From: Tubulanus polymorphus
Lineage: Eukaryota; Animalia; Nemertea
Assembly: GCF_964204645.1 (NCBI RefSeq)
Contig: NC_134032.1
Location: 1,856,416 to 1,920,415 of the forward strand
Reading direction: 5' to 3'
DNA length: 64,000 nt
The position numbers and the translations under genes were made by a program. Shown in pieces: positions 14,030-27,583 of the stretch; position 1 is the first letter of the stretch; every line of letters starts with the position of its first letter. The notes beneath the pieces were generated by a model. It made no database searches. It was given only the letters and a program-made list of their open reading frames with translations, and was not told the DNA's origin.

Positions 14030-14485
14030 ACGGGGAACTAACGACCAACTGTGGCAATCGAGGATTCCGCGTATGGCAGTCGAGTATCCGCCAGGTGTCG
14101 CTAGTAGGTAGTTGGTCGTCCGCGTTCGATTTCTAATACATTTCAATTGACTTTTCTCTTAAATGAATCAATTATTCATGAAAACCGAACCGATATCCGA
14201 GTAGAAGAATGAAAGTATTATGTATTTAGTTGATGCTGTGATAATGCATGGTTTGGGGATTCTAAAAGTCAATCCAGTTCAAAGTTCATTGAAAAGTAAC
14301 TAATTTTGACGATTACGATTACGATTACGATTACGATTACGATAACGATTTATTTACACTCCAACCATTTCCATGGTATATGGAGGAAAACTATTACACA
14401 TGTATATACAAATATTTACAAAACAACACTGGATGCTCGTCACGCCATCTGGTGGGGTAGCTGCCGATGTTGCGGTTCCTCATTG
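14030..14485 (+). mobile_element. MITE family A copy carrying a LINE 3'-tail insertion
   Basis: Family A left arm 14049-14310, then insert 14311-14420, then right arm TGCTCGTCACGCCATCTGGTGGGGTAGCTG. Confidence 0.8.
14311..14420 (-). mobile_element. LINE 3' terminal fragment with (GTAATC)n tail
   Basis: Similar to the 3' UTR end of the longer LINE fragment at 37539-38100. Stem-loop CTCCA-ACCAT-TTCC-ATGGT-ATA-TGGAG; on the minus strand AATAAA is followed by a microsatellite tail. Confidence 0.7.
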
Positions 14486-15283
14486 GGGAACCCGCAGACG
14501 CGCACTCGAGTGGTTAAAGCAGTTCGTAAAACGGCATCGCAATCTGATCGGGCATATACACCGCTGAGCTAACATTTTCAGTAAATGCCACCTGTATTCT
14601 CGGCGGGAACTCGCGTTCGAATTTACGACAGTTGCAGCGAAGCGCGCAGTGACGCGGCTATAACTAACGCGCAGCCATAGCGTCCAATAAACCACCGCAA
14701 AATCGTTAACGGGTCTCACCGAGAACGTAAAACCCACGACATAGAACGCGTTTCGCTTGGCTTCACTCGCAAAAAACGGCATTATCGAAGATTTAACACC
14801 TCGGAGGCCGTTATTCGCGAATCCTATATATACTGCCTCGTATATTCATCGACCGTGTCTTCAGAATACCCGCATTAAAAAAACTAGGCCCGTTCCAGAT
14901 AACGTTAGTTTGAAATGATACTAGGTTCCAGTTGGAGACCTAATAGACTAAGCATTTTTACATAGCAAATCATGCAGAATCCTAAGTTTCAGATAAGCAA
15001 AAAGCGGAAGTGTGATTGTTGAACTGATGGATTGTGCAAAAGGGTTGTAGCTTATAGATTTAAGAACGATCAACCAATATCGATAGAAAATGACTCGTTG
15101 GGCTTTAAAGTGTGGCCAATTTTACCAAAATACATTCAAAATGATGCACTTTTCGGGAAGATGGGTCCGATTTGTAAGCATCGACGATTATAATTACGTT
15201 CATTCGAAATATGAATGCCTATAGACATTCGGCCGTAAGTGACAACCGAAATGACAACCGCAATGAGACGACACGGAGCCCAG

Positions 15284-15390
15284 GGTCCAGTTCCACAGTT
15301 CCGAGTTAAGATTTAACTCTGAGTTAACTCATCGAAAATGAACCAACTTTAACTCAGAGTTAACTCTAACTCACAACCGTGGAACTGGAT
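15284..15390 (+). mobile_element. MITE family B
   Basis: Same TIR and body as the copy at 4926. Confidence 0.85.
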
Positions 15391-16835
15391 CCGGGAAGCC
15401 CTCTCTACAACCCGCCTGCGCCACGATTTAGTAATATATGAATACAAATGCTCAGATGGATAAAGGTTTTCCGATGTTTAGAAGGATCTGAACGGCACGA
15501 TCCGCTGGGTTTCCTGAGAATAGCGAAGGACCGTTCGAATTCCCGGGCGAAAGAGTATAGCTGTATAAGGTGGTTCGTTTTCATCGTGAAAAGGTCTAAT
15601 CACCGAGAAGACAAATCAAATTCCGCAGGACGCGAACCCGAACTTAATTGCGATTTGCCTCGAATATGCAAATGAGATCTCTGAGTGGCGCATTGAGAGA
15701 GCTCTACTCATTAACATGGGCTCCTGCCTGTCGCTAGAGACAGGAGTTGAATAGATGAGCGGGTGGAGGTGGGTGGAGATAGGGGAATAGTGAAAGGGGG
15801 GACACTGATTAAGACAAAACAAGACGTTGAGTGGAATGGTAAGAGAGAGGAGGGTAGTAGGACAGGGGGAGAGGATTGACGAGGTTGGCCTGGTAGAGTA
15901 TATAGGCGGTGCATGGTAGGATGGCGGTTTAGGGGAGGGAGTGCCAAAGGATTGTATACGGGGTCGGTTTAAAGAGATTGTTAATGGGATACGGGCGCCA
16001 CTAGATGGCGCACGACACAAAACAATGGGTTATTTTTAGTGAAAAAATATTCACCTTCTCAATCAATATTGGTATAGATTCCAATGAAATAATCTTCATT
16101 TACTAACCAGAAATGTTGACTCGAATCTAACCGAAATGTCGAAGAAACTGAAGCGCTGTAACCCAGTGTTACTAGCGACACCTGGCGGATTATCGCCGAA
16201 TCCTCGCTTCCCTCAGTAGCCGTTGCGGTATCCCATTACATCGGCTGGGAATCGATCTAAAGTCGTCAACTGTTGCAGATCGAACTCGCGTGTCGATCAA
16301 TGCGCGCAAACCACTAGTTAGAAATACGAGGAGATTTGGAGACAGAATTAGGACAAATACTTTTGAATGTCACATCGAAGGAGGTCTGTATAGACGGCTC
16401 TTAGTTCTCGTCTAGTTAGCGAGCAGCGTCCATTTCTATGCAAATTCGCGTGATGAAATCGCCGCGTTGTGAACAGCGCGCAGACACGTGATCGGAAATC
16501 TAAGATCAGATTGTTTCATCGCCGAGGGCAGCAGGTAACTCGACTGTGACGTCAGTTGTACGAGCGACAATGACGTCACGATAACGTTACCAGGCCTACG
16601 AACGCGACGATTTTATAGCATTCCCATCGACAGAGCAGCGTTAGGATAATTGAGATGCCAAGGAAGGTCGGGTCTAAAACGAAAGAAAGATGAAGTTCCC
16701 GGTGAGACACAGCCATGCAGTATCTGAATACAATGAGCGCGGGCAGCCCGGGGAGTATTGTGCAAAGAAAAGAACATGTTTCTTTTTCTACGAAAATATG
16801 AATATCGAATTTGCGGTTATTGAAAGGTCGCAGTC

Positions 16836-16900
16836 CTGTGGGCGAGTGGGTAGAGCGTTTGACTCCGGGAAGACAGCACGTGGGTTCGAACCCTGGTCAA
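16836..16900 (+). mobile_element. tRNA-derived SINE head fragment
   Basis: TGTGGGCGAGTGGGTAGAGCGTTTGACTCCGGGAAG...GTGGGTTCGAACCC matches the head of the SINE ending at 27885 (minus strand). Confidence 0.6.
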
Positions 16901-18124
16901 GGCATATTCGTCATGCTTCTCGTCAGCCGGGAGTATGGGAAACTGGCATTGACGATGAAACCTGAGCGCCTAGTAAGGAACTCCGATGTTACTTTTCCCT
17001 ACAATGACTGATATTTTGTTTACTTTTTGTTATTGTTATTCTAGGTAGGAGTCATTCCCGAGGAATGTCGCTTGGTTGAGACCTCGGGCTACTTAGGCTC
17101 AAGCCCAGTAAGAGCAGTCAATAGAGCCGTATTTAGAAGGGGACAGGGGGCAGTTGCGCCTACCCCAAAAATTTGGAAAAGTGCCATTTTTGCTAATATT
17201 ATTATCATATCCTATAGAAATGCCTTTTTCTGGTTTCCACTCTTAGATTTGAACGCAAGGCTCGATCCTGAATACCAGGGTAGACCAGTTCGGTTCGAAT
17301 CCTGGCGATCGCAGGCACAGTTTTCTTCGTCGCGCGATATCGCCACAAATGTTGAAACGAGATGAAATGCAAAAAGTATGTGATTGATTCGACGCAAGAT
17401 CGGCGCCTGAAATCCGAATCAAGTCGATAATTTTTTGCCTGCGCGCGATTTAAAAACGTAATCGAACGCCTCCGACGCGCGCGCGCATGGACCGAGAATC
17501 CAGCGCAGAACACGCAGACTGTATCATAGTCGGGTACGGATTTTACCAAATCGACTCGATATCCCGCGACGGTTCGGTTTTTAATTGAAAAGCCATCGTT
17601 CCCTGCCTCAACGAGACCGATTTGACTTCGAATTGTGCGGGGAGATTTATTCGACGAGCAATTACCGTGTCAATCAGAAATAGAATACAAGACTCGCAGA
17701 CGGATCTATAGACCGCTTCAGAATGATTGATTTGACTGCGCGGTCGCCGTGCGTGAAAAGAAACGCTTTCTCAAAAGATTTAAGGGCGAATTAATTACGC
17801 CTTAAATCGATCGCGGCATGTTTCAAATGTTTCTAAAAAAAATTCGCAGACGCATTTCGTTCCTTATTGAGCAGAAGGTTCGTAGACAGTAGCCTGGTGT
17901 TAACCGGGTTTAGAATAAATAGCCAAATAAATAGTTGTACTACATAGGTTTTGAATATTTATTTGACGCGCACGAGATTTCGCTACTAATGTTTAGTAAC
18001 TTCATCGGGTGAACGAGTGAAAAATGTCACTCTGATCCGGTAAACATTTTGACAATCCAGTCCCATAAAATCCTAATCCAGCGTAACCGAATTAAACGAC
18101 CAATGGTTGGTCCTAACGAGGACT

Positions 18125-18480
18125 TCGTGGCACCAGCTATATCCCGCTAGATGGCGTGCGTAACAGTGCGACGACCCCGTCAAAATCTAGTTCATTTTCA
18201 ATGAACTGTCATCTAGATTTTTAGCCTCCCGCATCAGAAATTAGGCAAATCACTCGTCTTGATAAACTCAGATGATCTTAAGGTTCATATTTAAGGTGGT
18301 TTTTTACTGATCACTGTTCTAAGAATTCGAGGAATTATGGATAGACTTTAATTGAATAATAGAAAAATCCGGGAGTTGTTGTCTGAGTGCACACTAGCGA
18401 CACCTGGTGAATCCTCGATGCATCCTCGTTTGCCGCAAGTGGAATCCTCGATTGCCACAGTCGAACGTAGAGTCCTCATT
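18125..18480 (-). mobile_element. MITE family A, subfamily 2
   Basis: Same terminal modules as family A with a diverged interior. It is the reverse complement of 40922-41265. Confidence 0.8.
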
Positions 18481-18526
18481 AGCAGAGTCCTTTCTACCGG
18501 TTGCGGAAATAGCATCAGGCTCGTCC

Positions 18527-18527
<1 letters not shown>

Positions 18528-18593
<66 letters not shown>
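18528..18593. repeat. (TA)n microsatellite
   Basis: Read directly. Confidence 0.98.
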
Positions 18594-18594
<1 letters not shown>

Positions 18595-18958
18595 CGACCA
18601 CACGACGTCACTGACGGCGCGGTCGTGTGGACTGGCTGGCGCGAAAATCGATTCATCACGCGTCCTAGTCTTATGATACGCACCCGAGTTATATCATCAT
18701 TTCGTAGTTGTTTTATGGTGTCGTTAGTACCGTATCAGCAGACCTACCAGCTGTATACTTAACACGTCGAGTAAACATTAAATCGGGATTAACGGGTGTT
18801 ACGAGGCTGGCGTGCCGGCGCATACGATACTCTCTGCATCTACTGACAAAAACAAAAAAAGAGATCGTACTTTTCGAAAGAAAAAAAAATATATCCGACA
18901 ATGAACCTGTAATGAGAACACGTGATCAGCTACTATACTATATACAACGGCTTTGAGA

Positions 18959-19128
18959 GGCGCAGTGGCCGAGTGGGTCACTGGTCACTGGTCTCGTCAA
19001 TGCAGGGTTTATGGGTTCAAACCCTGGTGGCGACAGAGTTTCTCGGTCGAAGGTTCTTCTCCGGTCTCTCCCCCATCGGGAAATAGAAACATCGAACCCG
19101 CTTATAATGCCATGCGTGGCGTCAGCGA
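18959..19128 (+). mobile_element. tRNA-derived SINE family G (Ser/Leu-like head)
   Basis: A box GCAGTGGCCGAGTGG and B box GGGTTCAAACCC with long spacing. Body shared with 33950-34130 (-) and 55169-55273 (+). Confidence 0.75.
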
Positions 19129-20889
19129 TGTACAGTGTACAAAGCTGCTACACGAAGCGTACACCAGTTTGATACAGTCACAGTGTTCTCGACTGGATAT
19201 TGTGTACACCAGCTTTAAAAAGTACACGGCAGTTATACGACAAACTGTACACCAGCCCTTATAGAGCGCGCACATCAGTAATGTACATCATCGCCGACTA
19301 TGTACAGTGTAACAACAGCTGTACCAATATACAGTGTACACTGTAATGTACACGAGCCGTATACAATGTACAGTTGTTTTTAGGAAATAGTGGTGACTGG
19401 ATTACTGGCCCAATGGTCGACTGGCTGACTGGGTGACTGGTAACTGGCTGATTTTGGTGACTGGATGACTGGATTACTGGTCGATATGGTGGAGATGGTC
19501 AATGATGGTGGAGATGAGGATGATGGTAAATGTCATCCAGTCACAGTCACCTTATCAGCCAAAAATGTGGTTCGACCTGTAACCACTTAACCTGATACTA
19601 CACTTAGAACGGACTGTGTCAGTCGGTCAATCGATATGAAGTTTTCTGAAAGTATTTCGTCGCGGAATTGTCAATTTCTCGTCGTGTCGCCGATGTTTAT
19701 TCGATTATTTTAGTGGTGCCGGTAATATCCAATCCGATATCAATTTATAAAGTTCAAGATAAGAGCGCGCGCGCGCGCGTGGTTTATGAGATAAGCGTGT
19801 AATATGATTTCACCGGGCCGAGTTCTCACACAAATTGATCTCCAAACGGAGACGCGACTAAACAAATAATATTCCCCATCTTCTCGCTCTCCCTGCAGTC
19901 GCTTACGAATCCGACTAGAAAAAAAGAATTCAGTCGGGAAAAAATTGAAACGCTCATCCAATCCCAACTTCGATTCGTAGCAGGGAACGTGTTACGCAAA
20001 AGGGGATAGGTTCGGGCGATATCCTCGCATACACAGCCCCAGATATCTATCATTCAATTTGATACGTGTCTGGCGATCGTAATGACGATTATTGATTGGA
20101 TATCAGTAACGTCACGTGTCACCAATCGGAGCTGGGATGAGCTTTTTAAAAACTAACGACCCGATATGACGAGAAGCGTCGCGCGTATATAAGCCGGACG
20201 GCGGTTTTGACCATTTTTTTTTTGAATATCGAATTACGTCACGTGTCGTGGCGGTTATGATTCGGCTTTCACGCTACAGCAGACGTTTGAGATTACCTCC
20301 CAGACCGTAAACATAATCCCCGCGCTTTCCGAGCTATCGCGCGCATATATTCGGTTTCGTGTCGTGTCGCTGTGTGGTGGTACAACATTTCGGGCGGTTG
20401 CAGGGATTTTGTTTCTCGATATTCTAAAACCGGTAATTACCTTAAAATCTGTCCGATTACGATGGATGAAATCACACGCGACCGGCCTCAAACACGACAT
20501 CAGCGCGACCATCGTTGTTGAATTCGGAGAAGGGATGTGAACGCTGTAACGAAGAAACATGAAATTTTAGTAACACGTGCGGGAAAAACTTCGTAAAAAG
20601 TTGAGTCAAAAAGTTGGTACGATACATGCTAAAATGGTGATATGGAGATTGTACCGGTAGTTATTCGCAATGTGTCGGAATGATTACTTTAAGTCTAGGG
20701 CCCGAAATTGAAACCGAAAAGTAAAATTATCGAATGTTTCAAACTACTTTCAACTGTTTATCGTCCGTAAAATAATCTGGTCGATTACGAATTTTAGAGT
20801 AAAACCAAAAAAAAAGAACAACCTATAAAACTATACACTCATTTGGGGACGCCGATCTATTATTTGATGACTTGTTCGACAAAATCTCC

Positions 20890-21100
20890 ATTTGGGAGCC
20901 GAAAATCTAGTTCAAAGTTCATCGAGAATGAACTGATTTTCAGTATCTATCATACGAATACGAATATCTATTGCACTCCAACCATTTCCAAGGTATATGG
21001 AGGAAAACTATTACACGTGTATATACAAATATTTACATAACTGAGTGCATTGTTGCGCCATCTGGTGTTGATTACTATTACTATTACTATCCCCCATTCA
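20890..21100 (+). mobile_element. MITE family A right part carrying a LINE 3'-tail insertion (20952-21037)
   Basis: AAAATCTAGTTCAAAGTTCATCGAGAATGAACTG, then ATACGA repeats plus CTCCAACCATTTCCAAGGTATATGGAGGAAAACTATTACAC, then GCGCCATCTGGTG. Confidence 0.7.
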
Positions 21101-21834
21101 GTGAAATAACGACAACTTTCTAATTATTCTCGGTGAACTTTTCTGGAGCATTTCTGGAGCAGGAGATTGCGCCGCCGCCGCCGCCGCCGCTGCCGACAGC
21201 CATTGAGAGATCGGTGAGAAAAATATCGTCGACGCGAAACGGGAAGTGTTACGTCTGCCTCGGCGACACCTTCATTTCCGGTCGCAGCGGACGACTTTTC
21301 CGCGAACAGGAAAAATAAAACGTACACGAACACCCTCTCCCTCTCTCTCCCCCTCTCTCCCTCTCTCTCCCTCTCTCCCTCTCTCCCTCTCTCTCTCTCT
21401 ATCTCTCCCTCTCTCTACCTCTCTCTCGCTCTTACTCATTCTCGTGCCGGGTTATTCTAGATTGCAATTATCCCCGAACTGTGCCAGCAATTAGAATTCT
21501 CCTGATGCGCTGGAAATAATAAATTTCGAACCGCCTCCGTTTCCATTCAAAAATCTCCCATACCCGACTTGTCGTTTGTAATTTGGAAAAAATTAATTAA
21601 AATTTATCGACTCGATCGCGAAGAGAAGAGAGAATGAGGAAAATAGAGGGGAGGGAGAGTCGTAGAGAAGACGGTGGATAGCTAGGGGAAATGAGAGTTT
21701 GGGGCATGGGGAGGGGGGTAAGGGGGATACGGGGAGCGAACGAGGAAATAGTCAGATAGGAATTAGAAAAGTGAGTATATATCTAAATTAGCATTTCAAA
21801 TTATAATTTTATCAGCTCATTTTTATTTCATGCC

Positions 21835-21969
21835 TACGTAAAGCGCGCTGATTACACTTTGTAGGAGCGCCCTAGGTAAGAAAAAAGAATTTTTATTATC
21901 ATTATTATTATTATTATTATTAATTATTATTATTATTATTATTCCTATTATTATTATTCCTATTATTCC

Positions 21970-22041
<72 letters not shown>

Positions 22042-22060
22042 CATTATTAGTATTATCATT
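21835..22060 (+). repeat. (TTA)n microsatellite preceded by a possible L2-type 3' tail
   Basis: GTAAAGCGC...GCGCCCTAG followed by (TTA)n. The arrangement resembles the tail of the SINE at 27501-27885. Confidence 0.6.
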
Positions 22061-22619
22061 ACTATCGTTATAGAGGGAGAGATCAAAGTGACGGGTCGCT
22101 GGAAATCGAAATACGTAGAATTAGTGAACTACTCAATCTCGGCTTCAATCTTCTATATCCCAATCCGCCACTGGCGCGTGAGGTTGGATAACTCGTAGTC
22201 ACGTGTCAGTCGTAATCGATCATATTTTCTGTGTTACCCGCGGATCAGTGTTTAATGCGAAAACTATTATAAAGATAAATGCGCAGAATAACGCGATTAG
22301 TCTCCGTCAGTCGTAAAAGGGCCGGGCTGCGAGTTGTGGTTCGGCGTCAGATCGCGTCGAGCCAGCTGAAATGACTTATCAAATTGATTTTCAAAACAAA
22401 TTCTTTCTTTTATACTTTGAAAACGAATGAATCAACTTTTCAAGGGATTTTTTATTCTGTCAGGCTTAAGTTGATAGCATTTGTAAATATTATGATTTAA
22501 TTTTCAATTAGTTCCCTTTATTGTACACCTATCAGGTATACTTCTTTTTAAAGTTTTGATAGTTATATCTCATTATTGCGGACCTTAGGTCCGTGAGCCT
22601 TTTAGAATTAGCGAGTTCG

Positions 22620-22916
22620 ATGGTGTATAAATAAGGACACCAACTACGGTGAAGATAGATTATTCCACTTGTGGCAAGTGAGGATCCACCAGGTGTCACT
22701 AGTGTACAGTAGGACACCAATTTTTGTGATAGAATATTCCGCTTGTGGCTAATGATCCACCAGGTGTCACTAGTGTACGGTAGGACATCAACTGTGTGAA
22801 AATAGAGGATTTCACTTGTGGCAAGTGATCCACCAGGTGTCGCTAGTGTAGGATATCAACCACTGTGGCAAAATCGATTGGACTTGTTACAAGTAACACC
22901 CACCAGGTGGCGCTCA
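22620..22916 (+). repeat. Four ~71-bp tandem units derived from the family A left end, each ending in a CTCF-like motif
   Basis: CCACCAGGTG at 22686, 22757, 22830 and 22900. The first three follow CACTTGTGGCAAG-like sequence; the fourth unit is more diverged. Confidence 0.85.
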
Positions 22917-24914
22917 TACTCATCTACCTCGCGCTTCTACAGATTCTACATAAAAAGAATTGATCTTTTGCTGAAGTTCATTCATGAACAAACAATACCT
23001 TCGCCAACACGCCGAGCCAACACACACACAAATAGCCGGTTTCGACTACTCGACGGTTCATCCTCCCTCGTGGCCTTTATTCTGTTCTACATCAAAACGA
23101 ATCGGGTAGGCGCTAATTTGAGCAAAACCAGAAGCAACCGATGATGACCCCGCAATCACGCACACACGCTCGCACGCACAAAATAACTGCCTCTTTCGTA
23201 TTGCGGGTTCAATTTCCGGTGAACAGACGAACGAACACACCGACAAAAAGTAGGCTAATTCCGCCGCCCCGCGTCTAGAGTCCACGCGGCGAGGTACAAA
23301 ACCATAAACAATATCACATCACGCAAAGGACTAACTTCAAAGTGGTGTATTAACTTTAATATTTAATCCAACCCCTGGCAGTTAACCAATAATATGTCCT
23401 AATAGATCTTCGACGCTGGCTCGAATTCGTTTTTGAATACCCGTCTCGTCTGTGTAAACAAACAAAGTTTTTCCGCGGTGGTCTGTTGGCTCAACACGGC
23501 GTGGGTTTAACTCCCCTCCAGCATTTTAGGGTTAGTCAAAGTCGTTATAATTCCATCTTTCCTTTGCTCCTTTTAACGCCACCATTTAGAACTTATTCGC
23601 TCAATCGAGTTCAAATTCGATGGAACCCGTTGTTTATCAAGCTGCCAGATTCATTAAGATGCCATGTTTTTCTCGAGTACCAACAGCGCCTTCTAACAGG
23701 ACTTCTACCGTATTTGAAATAACCAGTCTTAATTTATGATAGTTAAATTCAACTGAAATCCCCCTCATCAGGCGAGGTCAATCCCCCTCATCAGGTGAGG
23801 TGATATTGGGTTCATTGTTCTAAGACGGAGCCTACGTTTATCTATCGTTTGGTTTTTCGGTTCGCGGAGTCGTATATATATATTATTTTTGCTCATCGGA
23901 CTGACTGCGGGCCATCTTTGATTTACGCCAAATATTACGCGCATAATATTGAACTCATCGTCTCCCTCTACGTATATCGGAGCGAACCTCTAGCGACAGC
24001 GAAAAAAAGTGCCTCAGCCAAAGAGCTCTGTGTCGTCTAGTTCCCTAAGCTAACATCATCAACGGAGCAGAGATCAGCAACATCTCCGTGATGAAGAAAG
24101 GATAACGGGGATGAGAGGGATGCTGGATGAAAGGCCGACAAGATGCTTGTCTAATGGACCGTACGCTACAGGCTTGATTACTCCGGAAAGGAAGAAATGA
24201 GTCTCTGTATCCCTTTCTCGCTGCTCGAGAAACCGTAGCAGTATCGCACTGGCTCTGTGATATCGGTCCTAATAGACATTGTTAATTGTATAATAACGGA
24301 GACAGCTATTTGGTGTAACTGAAAAAAAAATGGTCAGGGAGAGCGCATCCTCGCTTGCCAGGGCTTGATTGTCGCCCGCTGTGGCACACGCCAATACAAA
24401 CCCTGGCCGCAAACACGTCATTGCGGAATCAGTTCCCCGTTAAGAAGAATCTACTCGACGTTCCGTGGCTCTTCTCTCCCCTCAAATAGTTCGCCCTCTC
24501 TCCCTTCTTTATCCCTCCTCGCCTTCATCCGAACTCCCCTCTTCGCCTCCCCTTCCCGCATCTCTATCAATCCATCTGTTACGGCTCTCCTGTCGCTAGT
24601 TAAAACAAGTCATCAGTTCCCCGCCCACTCTATTTCCAGACAGCCGCCACTCCCCACGCGGCCATGACAATTCCCGCGCCGGTATACACAATCTAATGAA
24701 CCGACGGGCAGCTGTAGGAATTAACGTTCATTACCGGGACTGAGAGCGGAGTGTGGACAAACCTAGAGCAGTAGAATACAAATAACTTCACCGGGTAACT
24801 AGTACTGGTTTGTCAACCTCAATCCAGCTACTCAGTTGTCGCGGGCTTCTATACACGGTCCAACAGTTGGGTTAAATTTAACTCTGGATCCACAGTTACA
24901 AAGTAATTATATGA

Positions 24915-25020
24915 GGAGAGAATCCCACAATGATAATAAAAAGTCCGAAAATGAAACTTCGAGATAGTAGTTTATTTCAACGTTTCGACTATATCCTAAT
25001 AGTCATCTTCAGGAATAATG
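24915..25020 (-). mobile_element. Penelope-like pLTR fragment with a single minimal hammerhead ribozyme
   Basis: Minus strand reads TTATTC-CTGAAGA-T-GACTAT-TAGGAT-ATAGTC-GAAAC-GTT-GAAATA. The downstream TTTTCGGACT...ATTGTGGGATTCTC is shared with 63270-63318. Confidence 0.75.
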
Positions 25021-25224
25021 AGATACTACAGAAATTATGAGATTAGTCTCTTTGTCTCTGGATTGTATATATATATCTCATTAACTTAACGTGGGTTTTA
25101 TTCTGGGTCCAGTGGTAAACTTTACTTTGAATTCAGTTCAACGGCTAATGGGGTTGGTTTAGTTTAACTTTAGCCCCAGTTTCGCCAGTAGATCATGGGA
25201 TGAAAAACCTAACGTCGAACCCAC

Positions 25225-25545
25225 CTGCCCAGCTATCCCACCAGATGGCGCGACGAGCAGTAGGTCATCCATTGTCAGAATTAGTTCCATTTTCAATAAA
25301 GTCTGGACTGGATTTTTAGACTCCCGAATCCGTATATTATCGCAGCACCCAAATAAACAATACTTTCATTCTTCTAATCAGATATCGGTGTAGTTTTCAT
25401 ATGAATCATTTGGGGTTTATCAAAGAGAAAAGTTCATCCAGTTTTAATTGAAATGTAGAAGAAATCGATGACCAACTATATACTAGCGACACCTGGCGGA
25501 TCCTCGCCTGCCCATAAGTGGAATCCTCGATTGCCACTGCGGAAC
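25225..25545 (-). mobile_element. MITE family A
   Basis: CCAGCTATCCCACCAGATGGCG ... ACTAGCGACACCTGGCGGATCCTCGCCTGCC is the reverse complement of the 4183 copy. Confidence 0.85.
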
Positions 25546-27499
25546 TAATTTCGTTCGGATCTAGTTCCACGATCATCTCACAACAACTGCGATCGAACCG
25601 GGTGCGTTAATGCCGTTGATTAGATCGCTTTTTCACACGCGAATCGACCAGCAACGGCCCGGATAATGTCCGGTGATGAAATTACGGACTAATTGACGTC
25701 CATTCACGTGTATATTGTGTGCGTACATTAAACGCGAGGTTCGAGTGACGTCTACGGAGTTGATCGAGCCTCGTCAATACCGCGCGTCAGAAAGCGGCCG
25801 GTGACACAAACAGGCAATACTTCACCGATACTAGATACAGCGAGTATAAAAACCGCCTGGACGTAAGAACCATTCAACCCCGCGGGTACAAACCCTCGAT
25901 CTGTCCATCACACCGCGCTGAGTCGTCGTTTCCAACCGACACACATCAGATACTCTATCAAAAGTTTTCATCCCCTTCGAGAGGCCGTCCCAGGGGTGTC
26001 TTCGTAAACGGTATCGCCTAAAAAGTCGTGCTATCGTTTAAGAAGCCAGGCGCCTTGACTAAGCTCCCAAAAAATCGACTTAGATTTGAGGTTTTCTAGG
26101 CGACGTCATCGATTGAATACGACGCCATATTGGAAGGCGAATCGCGTATGCTGTTCGAGCTAACGAAAACCTAAAACAATATTTTTGGATTCATTAAATA
26201 TCATCGAAATATCAGGCATCCGAAATATCATCGAGTTAAAAAATTTCACAATGCGTGAACGAATCTAAAAGGTTTATTTCAAAAAACCTCGGGTGGTTGC
26301 TACCACCCTTCTTCTTAGGGACCATTCGACCTAAGAATCGGGGTGTTCCTGTTCGCGATCTCAGGCGATTTCCTGTTCGAAACGTTGTCCATTTCGATTT
26401 CGATTCTCGATAAACAAAATTCGTTTTCAACCTTTTTTTACAATTCTGTATATAGCGGTTTTTAAACTTATCGTCGTAGTGTAGTTATTCTACCGCCAGG
26501 TGGTAAACCTCACTTGCCACGACGAATGGATTCCTTTTTTCCGCATTATGGTTCCCCTCCCCATTTGCATAATTAGAATCATTCGCCCAAAAGTATATAT
26601 TATATCAATAACTATATTTACTGCGATTGTTTTCACATTATATATTCATACAGTAGGTAATATAATATGTACATTTTTTAGAATGTAAGAACAAACCAGC
26701 GAGGACGGTTTAACAAAGAAACTTGGTGCTTGTGTTGTGTACCGCCCTCCTGAGTTACAAAATGGAAAAAAAAACAAACAAAAAACAAACAAACAAAGAG
26801 AACAAGATAAAGAAAAAGGAACAAAACAAAAGAATTTATAGAAAGAATAAATGAATAAACAAATAAATAGATAGATGGATCGTGGCAAAAAAACGTAAAA
26901 ATATCATCTCAACACATTATGATTCCATAACTTTTAACGTAATGTTATCGAACAAAGGGAACATAGATAAATACAACAACCCAAAAGTCGTCGCAGTATT
27001 AGAACCATCACGTTGAAGGAACTCGAACCGCGTTCGGTCACAAAACACCAGTTTTTCATCGGGTCGGTTGTTTACAATGCGGAACCAGAAACTATAATGG
27101 CTTCTAGAAGTTCCTTATTTCCAGCATGGCGATGAATTAAGTCCGCGTGTAACGTTTTTAAAACTAGGATTAGTCCGGGAGTATAGTTAATGTCGCTGGC
27201 GCGTACGAATAGAGTGCATTAGAGCAATTTCATTTCGCCGGGTCTAATGGATAGTAATTCAGCTTTCAGCAGTTTCACGTATAAAAGCCGAATTTCATTG
27301 ATACGCGTCGTTTCGACTACTGAACACTTTCTAATCTCTATAGCTTTCGAGAGTCGAAACAAAACAAATGAAAGACGATCGAATGAAACCTTTTTTTTCT
27401 TAGTTTGAGAATCGATTCGACAGTAATGCGTATCCGATGACATTTTACGAAATTATCGGTGGATCCAGTTCTATATTTTTAAGCTCAGCTCAGGTCGAC

Positions 27500-27500
<1 letters not shown>

Positions 27501-27583
<83 letters not shown>

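Noticed and set aside
25690-25880. TATA box with upstream CRE-like sites as a promoter
   Set aside because: Such short motifs are frequent by chance, and no downstream exon could be identified.
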